A stretch of 64,000 bases of DNA from Gracilinanus agilis (taxonomy: Eukaryota): assembly GCF_016433145.1 (NCBI RefSeq), contig NC_058135.1, positions 276,266,426 to 276,330,425 of the forward strand, written 5' to 3'. The translations under genes were made by a program, and so were the position numbers. Shown here one piece after another: positions 12,531-25,689 of the stretch. Below the pieces are notes generated by a model. That model was not told the DNA's origin and did not search any database. It worked only from the letters and a program-made list of their open reading frames with translations. The stretch's first letter is position 1, and each line of letters begins with the position of its first letter.

Positions 12531-14006
12531 AGGCATTTTATTTTGTTATACTTGGGTTAAGGACAAAATAATTAGATTTTTGAAAGGGAATGCCATGTAG
12601 AGGCACTTCCTCTGCCTATGGGAATAAGATGGGAAACAACTTTCATGTACAATTTTAGAGATTTCCTGAAATATGGTGAGAGTAAATAAATTTCCCATGG
12701 TCACATGATTAGTATGTGTCAGAAGTTGTATTTGAGACTAGGTCTTTCTCACTAGATAGACATTCTATCTATTTCTTTTGAACTTTGTTTAAAAAGTGAT
12801 ATTGAAATTTTTGTCCACATAAAAAAATTCCATGAATGTTACTTCAAGAAAAGACCTTTGGGCATAATTAAAATGTTTCCCTTCAGGGGAAAAACATTCT
12901 TATAATCAACTCCTTTGTGAGAGGATGTTGAACGGTTTTGCAAGTTGGTCCAGTATCAAGAGATTTTGTTTCTTTTTTTCTTTTTAAGGACAAAAAACCC
13001 AGATATTATAAAGACTATTTGTGAGAATTATCTTAAAAAAATGGTTGTTATAGATCACAATGAGAAAAAAAATGATTTTAATATTGACATGTTCTTGGGT
13101 ACTTGAGCTTTTTAGGGCACAGAAGAGATTTGTTCTTTTACTTAGCCTTTAATCAGCTTTATTAAATATAAGTTTCTTTAACATTATGTATCTTCCAAAC
13201 ACAATGGCAATATTCAAAATAGAATTCAATGTGAATTGGGCCCTAGACCATCCTTCTCTTCATCACCATCAACAGCATCATACTTATCAACATACTCAAC
13301 CTCCCAAGTCCCAGTTTGAAGAAATAAAGCCTTTGCTGTGAGATTCAGTCTTCAGTATTCAAAATAGTAAGTAACAGTATAAAGAACATAAGGGGAAAGG
13401 TAATGACATTTGGGGAGTAGCATCAGTGTTGTTTTCTTTCTAGACTAGTGAAAAAGCCATTAATGGGGAAGAAAATAATTCTTCAGGGTGAAAGTTTCTA
13501 CTAGATATTTTATTTCTTGGCAATTCATATTGTACTTAATGATATGCTAAATTTAGAAAAAAAGATTGTGATGATAACAATAAAACAAATAATCTCAGAG
13601 TTTGAAGAGAAACTCAATCACTACCAAATCTAATTCATACTCGTATAAGAATCCCAATTCATCATTACAGCCAAGTGGTCATTCAATCTTTATTGATGAC
13701 CCTCCAAAAGAAAGGACAAACACATTTTCTTTCAAGTTAGTAAAAATTTTGTTTTGGATGATGCTCTTTTTTAAAATGTTTCTCCTGACATAAAACCCAA
13801 GTGTGCCTATTTGCAGCATCTACCCAGTTTCGAGTATACCTGTTTAGACTCATGCAATATATTTGTAACTCCTCTTCCCAATTCTTAAATTTTCAAGTTT
13901 TAAAAAACTTCCAGTTTTTAAATCGGTCTCCAAATGACATGATCTAAATTACTCTCATTTTCATAACCTCCATCTTATCAATTTCATTTCTAAAATAAGG
14001 AAAAAA

Positions 14007-14186
14007 GGGGGCAGCTGGGTAGCTCAGTGGATTGAGAGCCAGACCTAGAGATGGGAGGTCCTAAGTTCAAATCTGACCTCAGACACTTCCCAGCTGTGTG
14101 ACCCTGGGCAAGTCACTTGACCCCCATTGCCTAGCCCTTACCACTCTTCTGCCTTGACTCCAAGATGGAAGGTAAGGGTTTTAAAA
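14007..14186 (+). mobile_element. SINE1_Mdo-type SINE with 19-bp internal deletion
   Basis: gggggcagctgggtagctcagtggattgagagcc...ggtaagggtttt head and body; (ATAAG)n tail; taaaataag on both sides. Confidence 0.92.
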
Positions 14187-16490
14187 TAAGATAAGATAAG
14201 ATAAGATGCTGAGGGACCAAGTCCTAAAGAAATAGAATATATAATTTTTAATTTAAAAGTATTTTTTTCACAGTTTCATATTCTTGCAAGGCAGAACTGG
14301 GTTTTACTTTCATGTCTTTCTCAAGGGTGAGTTGATATAATATTTAACAATGAAATTTTCAGATAACAAAAGTATACAGAACATACTTTTAAAATTTAAT
14401 CTTCATTATTAACACTTCTACATGACTTTATTAAGTCAAAGGAAATATAAATATAATTCACATAGGAAAGTATCAGGCATATAGTGAAGTGCCATGTGAA
14501 TGCTAATTATTAATTCTAATATCGCCTAGAACTTATCATTGAGTCTAATTGGCACAAGCTTGTATATTAAACATTTTTAAAATAGGTTAGTTTCTTTTGG
14601 GGCTAATTTATTGACTAATATCTTCACAGGTCAAATGAATATGATATATGTATATATATATATATATCACTTAGCACAAACATTTCTTCTAATTACATTA
14701 CAATGCAATTTAACCTTCAATAGCAATTCTTATTAGTCGTGTTAAGAATTGAATATAACTATCTCCTGTTGTTAAAACTATAAACACAAAATTATGAGGT
14801 ACCACTATTCTTTCATAAATTCTGCTGAAATCAGATTGAGAAATAATTACATTCTTCAATTCTGTGCAGATCCTGAATATATATTCATTTATGAAAACTT
14901 AGAAAAGTACTCTGGACAGTTTTGTTGTAAATCTCCAAATTAACAAATATTATATTAAAGTTCATAACAAAATAAAACACACTTGAATTGAAAATTTCTT
15001 ATTTTAGTTAGTTGTGAAGACTTAGCTCTTTTGTTTCTGATTTTCCTAATTCCCAAATTAGAGTAACCACCTCTCTTAAGAAGGGACCTCACACAGGGTA
15101 GATAACACAAGGCCAAATTTTGCATCTGGATCTGGATCATGTGTTGAAAGAAATATAATGGATACTGGAAAGGAGAACAAAGAGGATATTGACCCATATT
15201 AGGACTCTTCTGTCTTGGTAAAGTCCTCTCCTTTTGGAGGTAAGGCTCCTTGTACATATGTCTTCGATGGATTTCTTCAGGTTCCAGATATAGAGTGAAC
15301 TTGTCTGTGGGGTTTGGATTCCTAAGAATGTCTTGGAATAATCTAGAAATTCAGATTTTGTTCCATTTCAACTCCATTTTCACCTGTGGCTCCAAATAAA
15401 GTTTGGGTTTTCATTAGCTAAGACCCAGACATCTCTTTGGTCTTGGAAGAAAGTTCACTTTCTAATTAGGTCATTCAATTAAAACCCTAATTTTTGTTGT
15501 TGTTGTTATTTTTACATTGTCATTAAGTATTTTCCCAACTATTTCTTATCTATTTGCAATAACCAGTTAGGTCTGCAGTTTACCAAACCCAAATTAACTT
15601 TTTCACCTTCTGGAACACATAAGTGTTAAGAAAAGCCCTAGGTTCTCTAGATAGAATAAGTAGTAGTTTGAAAAATTTGAAATGATAGCATTCAAAACAA
15701 AAGAATCAATATCTAGAATTAAAATGCATCTCGTTACTGGTACCATTAAAAATTAGTAGTACTATATTCAATCATGTCCACATGTACCATGCCAAAAGCT
15801 ATAAGGAGAATGCTAAAATATGGATTTATTCATCCTCAGCCTTTCATTTGACTCCAGCTAGAGATTCTGATGCCTGGATCACAAGTTCTGTAATCTCAGC
15901 TATTGGAGAATCAATAGTTATACAATTTTAAACATTATTGGCTTACATTTAAGCTTCAAGCAATTAAGGTTATTAGAGAGAAACCTCCATCTAAGATTTA
16001 CATTAGAAATACAATATGAACAAAATCCAGAATTTAAGTTCTCAAGCTTCTATGAGAAGGCTGTAAAAAATTGTATTACCATTATCACCAAAATTATATC
16101 TGTAATATAATTGTATCTGGAAGAAGCTTCAGATACAATAGAAGAGACTTATAAGATAAAAGGGCACTCAAGACTGGTACTTAAGATTTGATTATGGAGA
16201 AGGGGTCTTGAAGGGAGAAATGGATGGGGGGACCAGTTTTACTTAACTTACTACTACTTTGAGATTTTAATAATTAATAATTTGAGAATAACACACTAAT
16301 TTCTCACTCAACACATTGTGGACATCACTTTAGCAGGTAGCTCAGGTAGTAAAAATTTTAATTCTCTTTGGGGCCTCCAAATACCTCAGCCTAAAATAAA
16401 TCCCAAAATCAGCAAAGAAATTCCAAAAAAACACACCTTTATTCAGGACAAGGGAGATAATGTTCTTATGGCCAACACACAGAGTCTCAC

Positions 16491-16517
16491 ACACACATCA
16501 CACACACACACACACAC
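16491..16517. repeat. (CA)n microsatellite
   Basis: cacacacatcacacacacacacacac. Confidence 0.85.
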
Positions 16518-17017
16518 TGTTGTGGGATAGCTTTGAGGTGAACCCTAGGTTTAGGAAAGTTTGCCCTTTGCAAGAATACAAGACTCCAAAGTTAGCTTAA
16601 AAATAAAAAGAGACATATATTAATTTGGAGATAATGTTAAATGGCTAGGAAACAGTGTGCAGGTGAAACACTGCCTCCCTGAGGAGATGAGGTTTGGGGT
16701 TGTTATGTCCCTTTGACAACCAGGATTCCAGCATAAGGGGGAGGATGAGGTGTATCAGGAATTAGATAATTCATTGGATTGGAGGACATAAGGGATGATC
16801 TGTGGAATTCAAAGGATGATTAGATTAGGTACCATCCAATGTTTATCAGGGTGGAACTGGGAAATGAATAAATGTTAATTGAAGATCTAGGGGAAAATCC
16901 TAGAGGAATGTTCCTTTCAAGGATCAGAAATAAATTTCCTACCTCCAGGTTGACTTGGAACACTTCTGGATTTTGGGGTGTCTAGGAGGAAACCAGTACT
17001 CCCATATGACCACCATC
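16518..17017 (-). mobile_element. Probable solo LTR
   Basis: TG...CA-type termini (tgttgtggg...caccaccaca) and a U5-like tract aaaataaaaagagacatatattaatttggagat; TSD not clear. Confidence 0.45.
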
Positions 17018-17435
17018 ACCACCACACAGAGCCAGATTCTGAGACTCTGGGAAGAATATTTTCAAGAAAGAAACTCCAAAATTTTACTCATACTATAGAA
17101 GTTTGTGTTTTATTTATATTTGAGGAAATTTAACTAAAGAAAACAGGACTAATTCATTTAATGGGGGCTTGAGAAAGAGATTGTAGCCTGAGGCTAGAAT
17201 AACTGGAAGAGGCCAAAAAAACAATAAACTAAAAATGGTACAGAAGACTTGATTTTATCTGTCATTGCCATTCCTACCCATTGAGGGTGCTCAAAGGGTG
17301 CTTGATGACCAGTCTGGGTCAAGATTCAGTCTGCCAGTTGTTTGAAAGCAAGTTCCAATGGGCCAAGGGTAAATTTTGGATTTCATAAAATGAAGTTGCC
17401 ACCTTTATAGAATTTGTCCTTTCCCTGATAAAAGC

Positions 17436-17453
17436 GTTATCTCTTTTTCACAG
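17436..17453 (+). promoter_or_regulatory. 3' splice acceptor of the OR8I2 coding exon
   Basis: gttatctctttttcacag|accagt, 27 nt before the ATG. Confidence 0.7.
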
Positions 17454-17480
17454 ACCAGTCCCTGGATTTATCTGAAGCAC

Positions 17481-18416
17481 ATGGCAGGGGAAAATCTCAC
17501 CACAATGACCTCTTTCACTCTATCTGGATTTGCAAATCATCCTGAACTACAAGTTGGGCTTTTCTTGATCTTTCTCTTCATTTATTTTTTCACAATTTGG
17601 GGTAATCTTGGACTCATCATTTTAATTCAAATTGACTCTCAACTCCATACCCCCATGTATTTTTTTCTCAGCAATTTAGCCTTTATTGACATTTCCTATT
17701 CCTCAACAATTACACCTAAAGCCCTAGATAATTTCCTATCAGACCAGAAAGACATATCTTTTGTGGGGTGTTTTGTTCAAATGTATTTCTTTGTTGGTTT
17801 AGTGTGTAGTGAGTGTTTTCTCCTGGGGTCAATGGCTTATGACCGTTATGTTGCAATCTGTAACCCACTGCTTTATTCAGTTGTCATGTCCCAGAAAGTC
17901 TGCACATGGTTGGCTATAATGCCATATGTAGTAGGTTTCAATAACTCCTTGATAACTGTTTGTGTTATAAGCAGCTTGGTATTCTGCAACTCCACTATTG
18001 ACCATTTCTTTTGTGACACAACAGCCCTGTTGGCCCTCTCTTGCCATGACAGTTTCAACACAGAAATGGTAATATTCCTTCTGGCTGGTTTCACTCTCCT
18101 CAGTTCCCTCATCATCATCACAATTTCCTATTTTGCCATCATCTCTGCTATTTTGAAGATCCGATCCACAGAAGGTCAGCGCAAAGCTTTTTCCACCTGT
18201 GCTTCTCACCTCTTGGGGGTGACTATATTCTACGGATCACTTATTTTTACATATCTACAGCCAGATAATACATTGTTCTTGACAGAAGCTCAAGTGGCAT
18301 CTGTCTTTTATACAATTGTAATCCCCATGCTCAATCCTCTCATATACAGCCTGAGGAACAAGGATGTGAAAAATGCTTTGATGAGAGTCATACATAAAAA
18401 ACTGTTTCCTCAATGA
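17481..18416 (+). CDS. OR8I2: Olfactory receptor, OR8I2 orthologue, 311 aa, intact
   Basis: OR motifs [49 protein letters not shown] and N-glycan site NLT. Segments recalled as diagnostic of human OR8I2: [38 protein letters not shown], and the 1-aa-short ECL2 FCxxxIxHFFCD. Confidence 0.93.
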   Translation: MAGENLTTMTSFTLSGFANHPELQVGLFLIFLFIYFFTIWGNLGLIILIQIDSQLHTPMYFFLSNLAFIDISYSSTITPKALDNFLSDQKDISFVGCFVQMYFFVGLVCSECFLLGSMAYDRYVAICNPLLYSVVMSQKVCTWLAIMPYVVGFNNSLITVCVISSLVFCNSTIDHFFCDTTALLALSCHDSFNTEMVIFLLAGFTLLSSLIIITISYFAIISAILKIRSTEGQRKAFSTCASHLLGVTIFYGSLIFTYLQPDNTLFLTEAQVASVFYTIVIPMLNPLIYSLRNKDVKNALMRVIHKKLFPQ

Positions 18417-18852
18417 ATATAAATAAATGGTTTGGAAATTGTAGTGCATTACAGTGGAAAAGGACACATCAATCTAAAGTCCTTGTGGCCCAAGGGCTTC
18501 TAAGGCTTCTTTTCTAACAAGAAAACTCACTCACTTATCAGTGACTTCTTTATTGCCAAAGTCAATGTTTTTTCAATTTTTATTCTACCTAACTTTTATA
18601 TAAAAATTAATTTTCTTAACTTCCCAAGTAGTTATTGTTTCCAGATATATCACTGTAAATTATCATGTATGTATTCTCTATTTCTGTGATGTAAGCATCT
18701 CTTTACTAGAATGTTAGCTCCTTGAGGATAAGACCAATCATTTTGTGTTTATATAATAACTACTAACACAGGATTTGTCAAAGGAGAGTGATTTCAGAAA
18801 TATTTGTTGATTCAGCAATTGAGAACTACCTCTTCTGGATATTTTCACTATG

Positions 18853-19456
18853 TGTAATGTCAACTTGGAATCTAGAAACCCCAATCTTGAGATCTTGAGA
18901 ACCAGAGGTCTGAAGACCTCAAGTTTGACCTTGAGAAATTATGGGGGTTAGAGGGGGAGAATCCCAGACTAACAATAAAGTTTAAAGTACTTTAGGTGGA
19001 GCTAGCAGTCTCAGTCAGATGTTAAGTACTCTTTTTGTCCTAGAAGTTCTCCTTTTGTATCAAAGTCCTTTCTCAGGTAGCTCAGCCAATGGCTGGATCT
19101 TTTCCTTTTCTGTCCATTATAAGGCATCAGCCACTCTTGGATGATCCTGTCTAGAACTCCTCACTTCTCTGTAGCCATTGTAAAGTCAATCAACTATACT
19201 CCTGTCCTCAGTTCACCAATAGGTATACAAGTTCCCCAATTTTCCTGCTTCCTTGGAGGTATCATCTTGCACAGTGATTTCTCCCATGGGGGGATGGGGG
19301 GCAGTACCTAGAATAGCCAGGGCCTTGGGCTCTGTGTGGATTTTGAGTGCCTTACTCTGTGTGGAGGCCTAAGGATTATACCGTCATATTCATTTCTTCA
19401 TTAAAGACATGGTTTTTCTGGCTAGTTAGTAGTTCTGTGTTTTTTCCAGTTTAACA
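18853..19456 (+). mobile_element. Probable solo LTR
   Basis: TGTAATG...TTAACA termini, CCAAT boxes, TTATAA and ATTAAA near the 3' end; no clear TSD. Confidence 0.55.
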
Positions 19457-20308
19457 GTAACTTGCATGATATTACCCTTTTGTGATTTCCCATACCAAGT
19501 AGTTATTTGAACCAGAAGAAGTTACTTCTTTTCTGATTGTTTCAAATTCTTATCTATGATATTCGAACCACAAGTTGTCTGGAGGATGTGAAATAATACA
19601 TGAAAAAGTGTTTAAAACAGAACTTGGTTTATATCTATTTAAATGCTCCTTTCCTTCTCTTCCCTTCTGTACTGGGTCTTTTGAATCTTTGAACATTCAT
19701 TATCACCCTGTCTGAGTGTGTTGTACAAGGCTCTCTCCTTATATCTCATATCTATACATTGTATTCCTACCATTCTCATTTATTCCCACATTTTCCATTT
19801 TCCAAATTAGTACAGAATATTCTGAAATTTATATCTTTAGCCTCAATATTTATCCAATCTGATAATTTTTATCAAAGATTCATTTCTATTGCTTATTATT
19901 TATTCTCCACTCACATATTACTAATCCTATTTCAAGGCCTTATTGCCTCTAATCCAGATAATGGTAATGTTTTCTTTACTTAAATCTCTTTGTCCATTTA
20001 TTTTCTTCTGTGAACCACTTCCTCATTCTTTACAAGCAGCCAAAATAGCCTTCTCAGTGAATAGGCTTTATCTTGTTACTACACTGCTCAAAATCAATAA
20101 TACCATTCTTAAATGCTCAATGGTCAAAGGGCTTAACAGGCTGCATTCATTGTAAATCAAAGCTATTAAATATGATAAAATTCTTTAATTTATTAATAAT
20201 CCTTTATGTTTGTAATTCAGTCATTTTCAATTTTGTATGACTGATTCCTCATGACAACATTTGCAGTTTTCTTGGAAGAGAAAAAGGAGTGATCTTTCAT
20301 GTCATTTT

Positions 20309-20474
20309 TTTTTTAAACCCTTACCTTCCAAGGCAGAAGAGTGGTAAGGGTAGGCAATGGGGGTAAGTGACTTGCCCAGGGTCACACAGCTGGGAAGTGA
20401 CTGAGGCCAGATTTGAAACTAGAACCTCCCATCTCTAGGTCTGGCTCTCAATCCACTGAGCTACCCAGCTGCCC
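20309..20474 (-). mobile_element. SINE1_Mdo-type SINE with 30-bp internal deletion, inserted in a MIR/MAR
   Basis: 15-bp TSD ctttcatgtcatttt at 20294-20308 and 20475-20489. Confidence 0.93.
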
Positions 20475-20667
20475 CTTTCATGTCATTTTACATCTTATTT
20501 TACAGATGAGGAAACAGAGGCAAAAAAGTGTTAAGTATTAACTCCAGGGTCACAAAACTAGTAAGTGTCTGAGGCAAGTTTTGAAGTTAGGAGGATGAGT
20601 TTTCTTGACTCCAGGCCCAGCATTCTATCCCCTGTGCCATTTATCTGCCACACAGTAATAATTAAGG

Positions 20668-20961
20668 CACTACAAAATAAAATAGTTTTGAGGTATTACC
20701 TCATATCCATCAAATTTGTTTAGATGACAAAAACAGAATATTAAAAATGGATAAGGGTTTTAAAATATTTAATTATAATATGAAAGAAAAAAGTTATTTT
20801 GCTTTATTAGGATACACTACAAAATAAAATTGTTTTGAGGTATTACCTCACATCCATCAAATTTCCTTAGATGAAAAAAAAAGAAATGAAAAATATCTAA
20901 GGTCTTAAAATATTTAATTATAATATGAAAGAAAAAAGTTATTTTGCTTTATTAGGATACA
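20668..20961. repeat. Two-copy 147-bp tandem duplication
   Basis: cactacaaaataaaat at 20668 and 20815; both units end aagttattttgctttattaggataca. Confidence 0.9.
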
Positions 20962-22406
20962 TTCTTTCTCAGGTGAAATGTCAGTGATGGAGATGAAAAA
21001 TTTATAAATACATTATATCTCTACCCTTGATAAAATAAACATCAATATCCATTTTAAAATCATTTGTTATTTATATTCATTTAAAAAGCCAAATATATTA
21101 AGCATAATTTTGTGAGTTTAATAATTCTAAAATCAATAACTTCATATAACATATCAATTATATTTTGATTACTTACCCTATGTTGTTTTCATTCTTTGTG
21201 TCTTTTTACCATTTATTTCTAGATTTGCATAGAGTTTGCCTTTACCAAGTCAAAACTAGCATACATACTCATCTTCTCTTTCTTTTATTATTGCTCTACA
21301 ATATTTCATAAATGTCTCTCCAAATTTCCCTGATATGTACATCTATCCTTACTGGTTTTACTTATACTGCAGTATACTATTAAATTCATGTATCATCTGC
21401 AAAAATAGTCAACATTTATTAGATAATTGCATCGTTCTAATTTTCAATTATGATTAATGTTCATCTAAATATTCAGAACATAGCCTTTCCCCCCCCTTTA
21501 TGACAATTCCTACAGCACTTACTTGTAATATCCAGATTATTGGTTAATAGAAAGTGATTGTTTTCAAATTCTTATATCTCCAGGTCATATTATTTATATA
21601 TATAAAATCTTCCACTCCAGCAGCATTAAGGTTTGTAACTGTACTAGTATTGTTATTTTGATGGCTTTGGAGTAGTTCTTTCAATATGACTACAATTTTA
21701 GATTTGCTGGACATTAATATAATTAAATAATATTAGCACATTAGAAGATTTTACAATATTTATAGGAGAATAGATACTGAATATTATAGCAGAGCTTATA
21801 AATGATGCTTTTCAACTAACTTTGTGATTATGTTACCTAATTGTTGTGATTGTTTGAATTCCATTAGTAATACCAGAACTGATCAAGTTTAATTTTTATC
21901 CAGAAAAGATGATGGCTATACTGTATCACTAAAGGAATTAACCCCTTCTTTTATGCATTCATAAAGGTCCTTCTCCAAGGAAAGGTATCTTTATGAATAC
22001 ATAAAATAAGTATTTTTTCCATTTCAATTTTTTGCTTATCTTGCTAATAAGATAGGTATATTTAATATGGTTTTATCATATGTCATATATGTAGGATGAA
22101 TAAATTGGAGCAATGATTCCCAAAACAGGAATATGGCCAGGGACATAGAAAATATTTCATAAAAGAGAGAATGTCTCTAATAGTTATAATTAAGAAAGGC
22201 CAATATATTTTTTAGATTTATGAAGAGATCCTCCATAGGACAGTAGGAAAATACAAATAACCACCAGAATCAATCTTTATAGTGCAAGAAGAAATTTAAC
22301 TAAATAGCTTTGAATCACTTATAAGGATTGGTCTATAATAGTTTGGAAAGCTGTAACTGTGATTTAAATAAGATATAATAGCAATGGAAATTGTATTAAA
22401 GGCCTT

Positions 22407-22857
22407 TGTAATGATGAAACCCCCTATATACTTCCCCATTCCTTGCTATACACTCTAGAGGACACGACATGAAGAAATTGGGTCTCTAGTCAATAGTTTC
22501 ATAACCAAGTCACCCTCAGAAGGGAAAGGAAAAAAGGAAGAGGATGCTCCGGTCATGACTTCTATTACTGGAATTTATTAGTTTTAAAAAATCATCAAAC
22601 TCTTCATTACCCCTCTTCTGAACTTTTTCTGAATGCCTGAACCTCTTCTGAAACTGTTGGATAATTGTCCAAGTTTATAAAAATCTTTGCTCCCTAGAAG
22701 TTGGACGTCTTAGGCCACATAGACTAGGCATGGGTATAGACCTCTGACTTCTGTATTTTGTGCCCACAAATAAAGTCAAATCTTTTACTTGAGCTGTTGG
22801 TCCAGTTCTTTTTATTTCTTTCATTTGGTAAATTGCTGTAACTTGATCCTTCTTCAT
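22407..22857 (+). mobile_element. Probable solo LTR just downstream of the OR5T stop
   Basis: TGTAATGATG...CTTCA termini, TTTATAAAA and AATAAA near 22770; TSD not found. Confidence 0.5.
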
Positions 22858-22986
22858 AAGTAAGCATAAATATTAGATTGAATAACAAAGCAATACATAA
22901 TGCATGTTGATTCTATTTTTCTTGGCTATTTTTCTTATATTTTGCCCAATCCATAATATTTCTTACTACCTTCATCACATATTTAT

Positions 22987-23934
22987 TTAGGCATTTAAAA
23001 GATTATTAGTGAACTTTTTTCTCCCCAAAACTTTTTTTATTGCCTCTTTCACATCTTTGTTTCTCAAACTATAGATGATGGGGTTCAACATAGGTATCAC
23101 AATGGTATAAAACACAGATACTATCATGTCATGGTTCAAAGAGTAGCTGGCAGTAGGCCGTAGGTACATGAAGAGGATGGTTCCATGGTAGATAGAAACA
23201 CCTGTCAGGTGAGAACCACAGGTGGAGAAGACTTTCTTCCTCCCTTCAGTTGAACGTATCCTCAGAATGGCAGCCAAGATGAAACCATAGGAAACAATGA
23301 CAATCAAGATGGTGAAAATCTCAATTGAACTCACAAATGTGAAAAGCAGGAGTACGTTGATATAAGTGTCAGAACAAGAGATGGCCAAGAGTGGAGGGAT
23401 ATCACAGAAGATATGCCTGATTTCATTGGATGCACAAAAGGATAAATGAAATGTAGCTACAGTATGTATGATGGCATGTAAAACACCTGCTACATATGAA
23501 CCAATTATAAGGGGCACATACACTCGTGGAGACATAATGGCTGTATAGAGCAAGGGGTTACAGATTGCAATATAACGGTCATAAGCCATGACAGCCAAGA
23601 GAAAACACTCAGTAGTCCCAAAACTTATAGAGATGAGCATCTGGGCTACACAACCAGAGAAGGAAATGGTCTTATTCTCTGCTAAGAAATTGACCAACAT
23701 TTTAGGTGTGATCACTGAGGAATAGCAGGCATCTAAGAAAGATAAGACACTCAAGAAATGGTACATGGGAGTATGGAGCCGAAAATCCATGGCAACTAAT
23801 AGAACCAAACCCAGATTCCCCACCAGAGTAAAGATATAGATTGCTAAGAACATTATGAAAAGGATGATTTGTATCTCTAGATGATTTGTAAAGCCAATCA
23901 AAACAAACATCATAACTTCTGTTTGATTAGACAT
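22987..23934 (-). CDS. OR5T: Olfactory receptor, OR5T subfamily, 315 aa, intact
   Basis: Likely ATG at 23934 (MSNQTEV); the ORF track's 23964 start is a TTG overlapping the acceptor ctcttttgacag| (exon starts 23957). OR motifs plus OR5T-typical [43 protein letters not shown] and HDMIVSVFY. Confidence 0.92.
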   Translation of the reverse strand: MSNQTEVMMFVLIGFTNHLEIQIILFIMFLAIYIFTLVGNLGLVLLVAMDFRLHTPMYHFLSVLSFLDACYSSVITPKMLVNFLAENKTISFSGCVAQMLISISFGTTECFLLAVMAYDRYIAICNPLLYTAIMSPRVYVPLIIGSYVAGVLHAIIHTVATFHLSFCASNEIRHIFCDIPPLLAISCSDTYINVLLLFTFVSSIEIFTILIVIVSYGFILAAILRIRSTEGRKKVFSTCGSHLTGVSIYHGTILFMYLRPTASYSLNHDMIVSVFYTIVIPMLNPIIYSLRNKDVKEAIKKVLGRKKFTNNLLNA

Positions 23935-24844
23935 GATTTTTTTATATTTATCCAACCCTGTCAAAAGAGAGTTATGGAGATTATTTAATACAGTTCAGTA
24001 CACTTACTTTTTTGGAGGAACTATCATATATAATTCAATATAGCATAGAATGCTAGTATCATCATCATAGTTTGGCACATTTGGAACCCATTGACTTGAA
24101 CCCATCAACAATTGTGTCCTTGGTGTTGCAAACTAGGATAGACACTGATCAGTACAATCAATGATGAAGGGGAGAAGTATTCTATTGTTACTCTCTGTAG
24201 AATCAGATGGCCCTGTTGAGTGGGAAAAGGAATAATTTATTTAAATTAGCAGCTGGTTGAAGTCACTTTTCTTTACATTTTAATCATTATTTCTATATCA
24301 TAGAGCACATTTAACCATCTAAGAAAAAAAGATAGTCATAACTACAAATATATAGCAGACCTATAGAAAAAATGAACTACATTTTGTCCATTTACAAATC
24401 CTGTTGAGTGTTTTGATGATGATGATATATCTATATGAAGAAGTTTAGTCACAGACAAAATGTGTTTGGTTGTTTTGTTGCTTGCTTGTTTTCTCTTATA
24501 GAGAGAGTATTCAAAAGCCAATTAAAAAAAATCACAATCTTTATTCTTGTCATAAATAGCCCAGACCATAACTTAATCAATCTTGAAATGGAAACTTCAG
24601 ACCCATCTAGTTCAATTATATCATTTTACAGAGGGCTCGGAGACATACGACTCTTAAGTATTTGCCAAATAACCACAAATTATTCAAATGTAGAGGTAGA
24701 AAAAATTATTTTTGATATATTTACATTAAATGCTCAATTTACAAAATTCTGTAATTTTTAACTTCTTTCCAGTATTTCTCTAAGTCTATCATCTCTGACT
24801 TACTGTGCATTATTCCCTACTACTAGCTTCTTACAGAAACAAAT

Positions 24845-24991
24845 GAGGTTATCAATTTCTACCCATCCATTACCCATACTAAGACTAAACTATTGTGCTC
24901 AGACACATTCCAGGAGACCCTGAAGCCTGTAGAGAAAGTCCTTAGAGATATCAAAATGGACAAGAGTCAGATCCATGACATTGACCTTGTC
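24845..24991 (+). pseudogene. Isolated HSP70-family fragment (49 codons, ATPase domain)
   Basis: Translates [49 protein letters not shown], colinear without gaps with HSP70 [49 protein letters not shown]. Confidence 0.85.
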
Positions 24992-25689
24992 CTGTTATCT
25001 GACCTAGGAATTGTATCTCCTAATGCTCTTCTTTTGTGCTATACAAGTAATGACTCATCACTTAAAACTAATCTCTAAGACATCATATTTTCTTCAGGTT
25101 TCAATTTACATGGCTTACTCCTATTAGAGGAGATCTTCATCAATCATTAATTAACCAAAGAATTAAAATAAGCAGAATAATAGGGGATAATATCAGCACT
25201 CCTTCTGTGGCATCAGAAACCAAGAAGAAAAAAATGTGATTTTTAAAATTTTATTTCTACTAGGATAAGCAAGGGAAAATAAGAGGAAATTAAAATCTGG
25301 TCTCTTACCATTACCAAAGGATATGACAAAAACATTCCAAAATCCATGGGAAAATACGGTAAATATTTTAGAAATAAAGGTTGATTTAAAATGAATCTTC
25401 CAAATAATTTTGGAAATTATATTGAAGTTTGGAAGTCTGTGGAAAGATAAACACTAAAAGTTGATTTTATATATTTAGTCAGCAGAATTATCATAATGTC
25501 AAAATATTCATAATATTTTATCACATTTTATCTTCACAAGAGAATTGTGAGGTTGGTGACATTATCCTAATTTTATGGATGAGGAAACTGAGGGAAAAAA
25601 TTTAAATGATTTGTCTACTATCACCTAAATAGTATAAAGTATCTGAGGTAATGTGTGAATCAAGGGCTAATTCCATATGAACTCTCCAT

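Noticed and set aside
16110-16139. Small hairpin attgtatct...agatacaat
   Set aside because: Too short to interpret and lies in probable repeat-derived DNA.
15050-16315. Possible env-like or LTR-internal sequence
   Set aside because: No diagnostic motif could be read; needs a Dfam search.
17873-18209. Antisense ORFs inside OR8I2, and likewise 59626-59832 inside OR8K
   Set aside because: Shadow ORFs of OR codon usage with no independent support.
25303-25311. Minus-strand ATG|GTAAGA donor as a coding first exon for OR5T
   Set aside because: It would be out of frame with the acceptor at 23957, and no good O/E site was found at the usual distance; it shows the motif can arise by chance.
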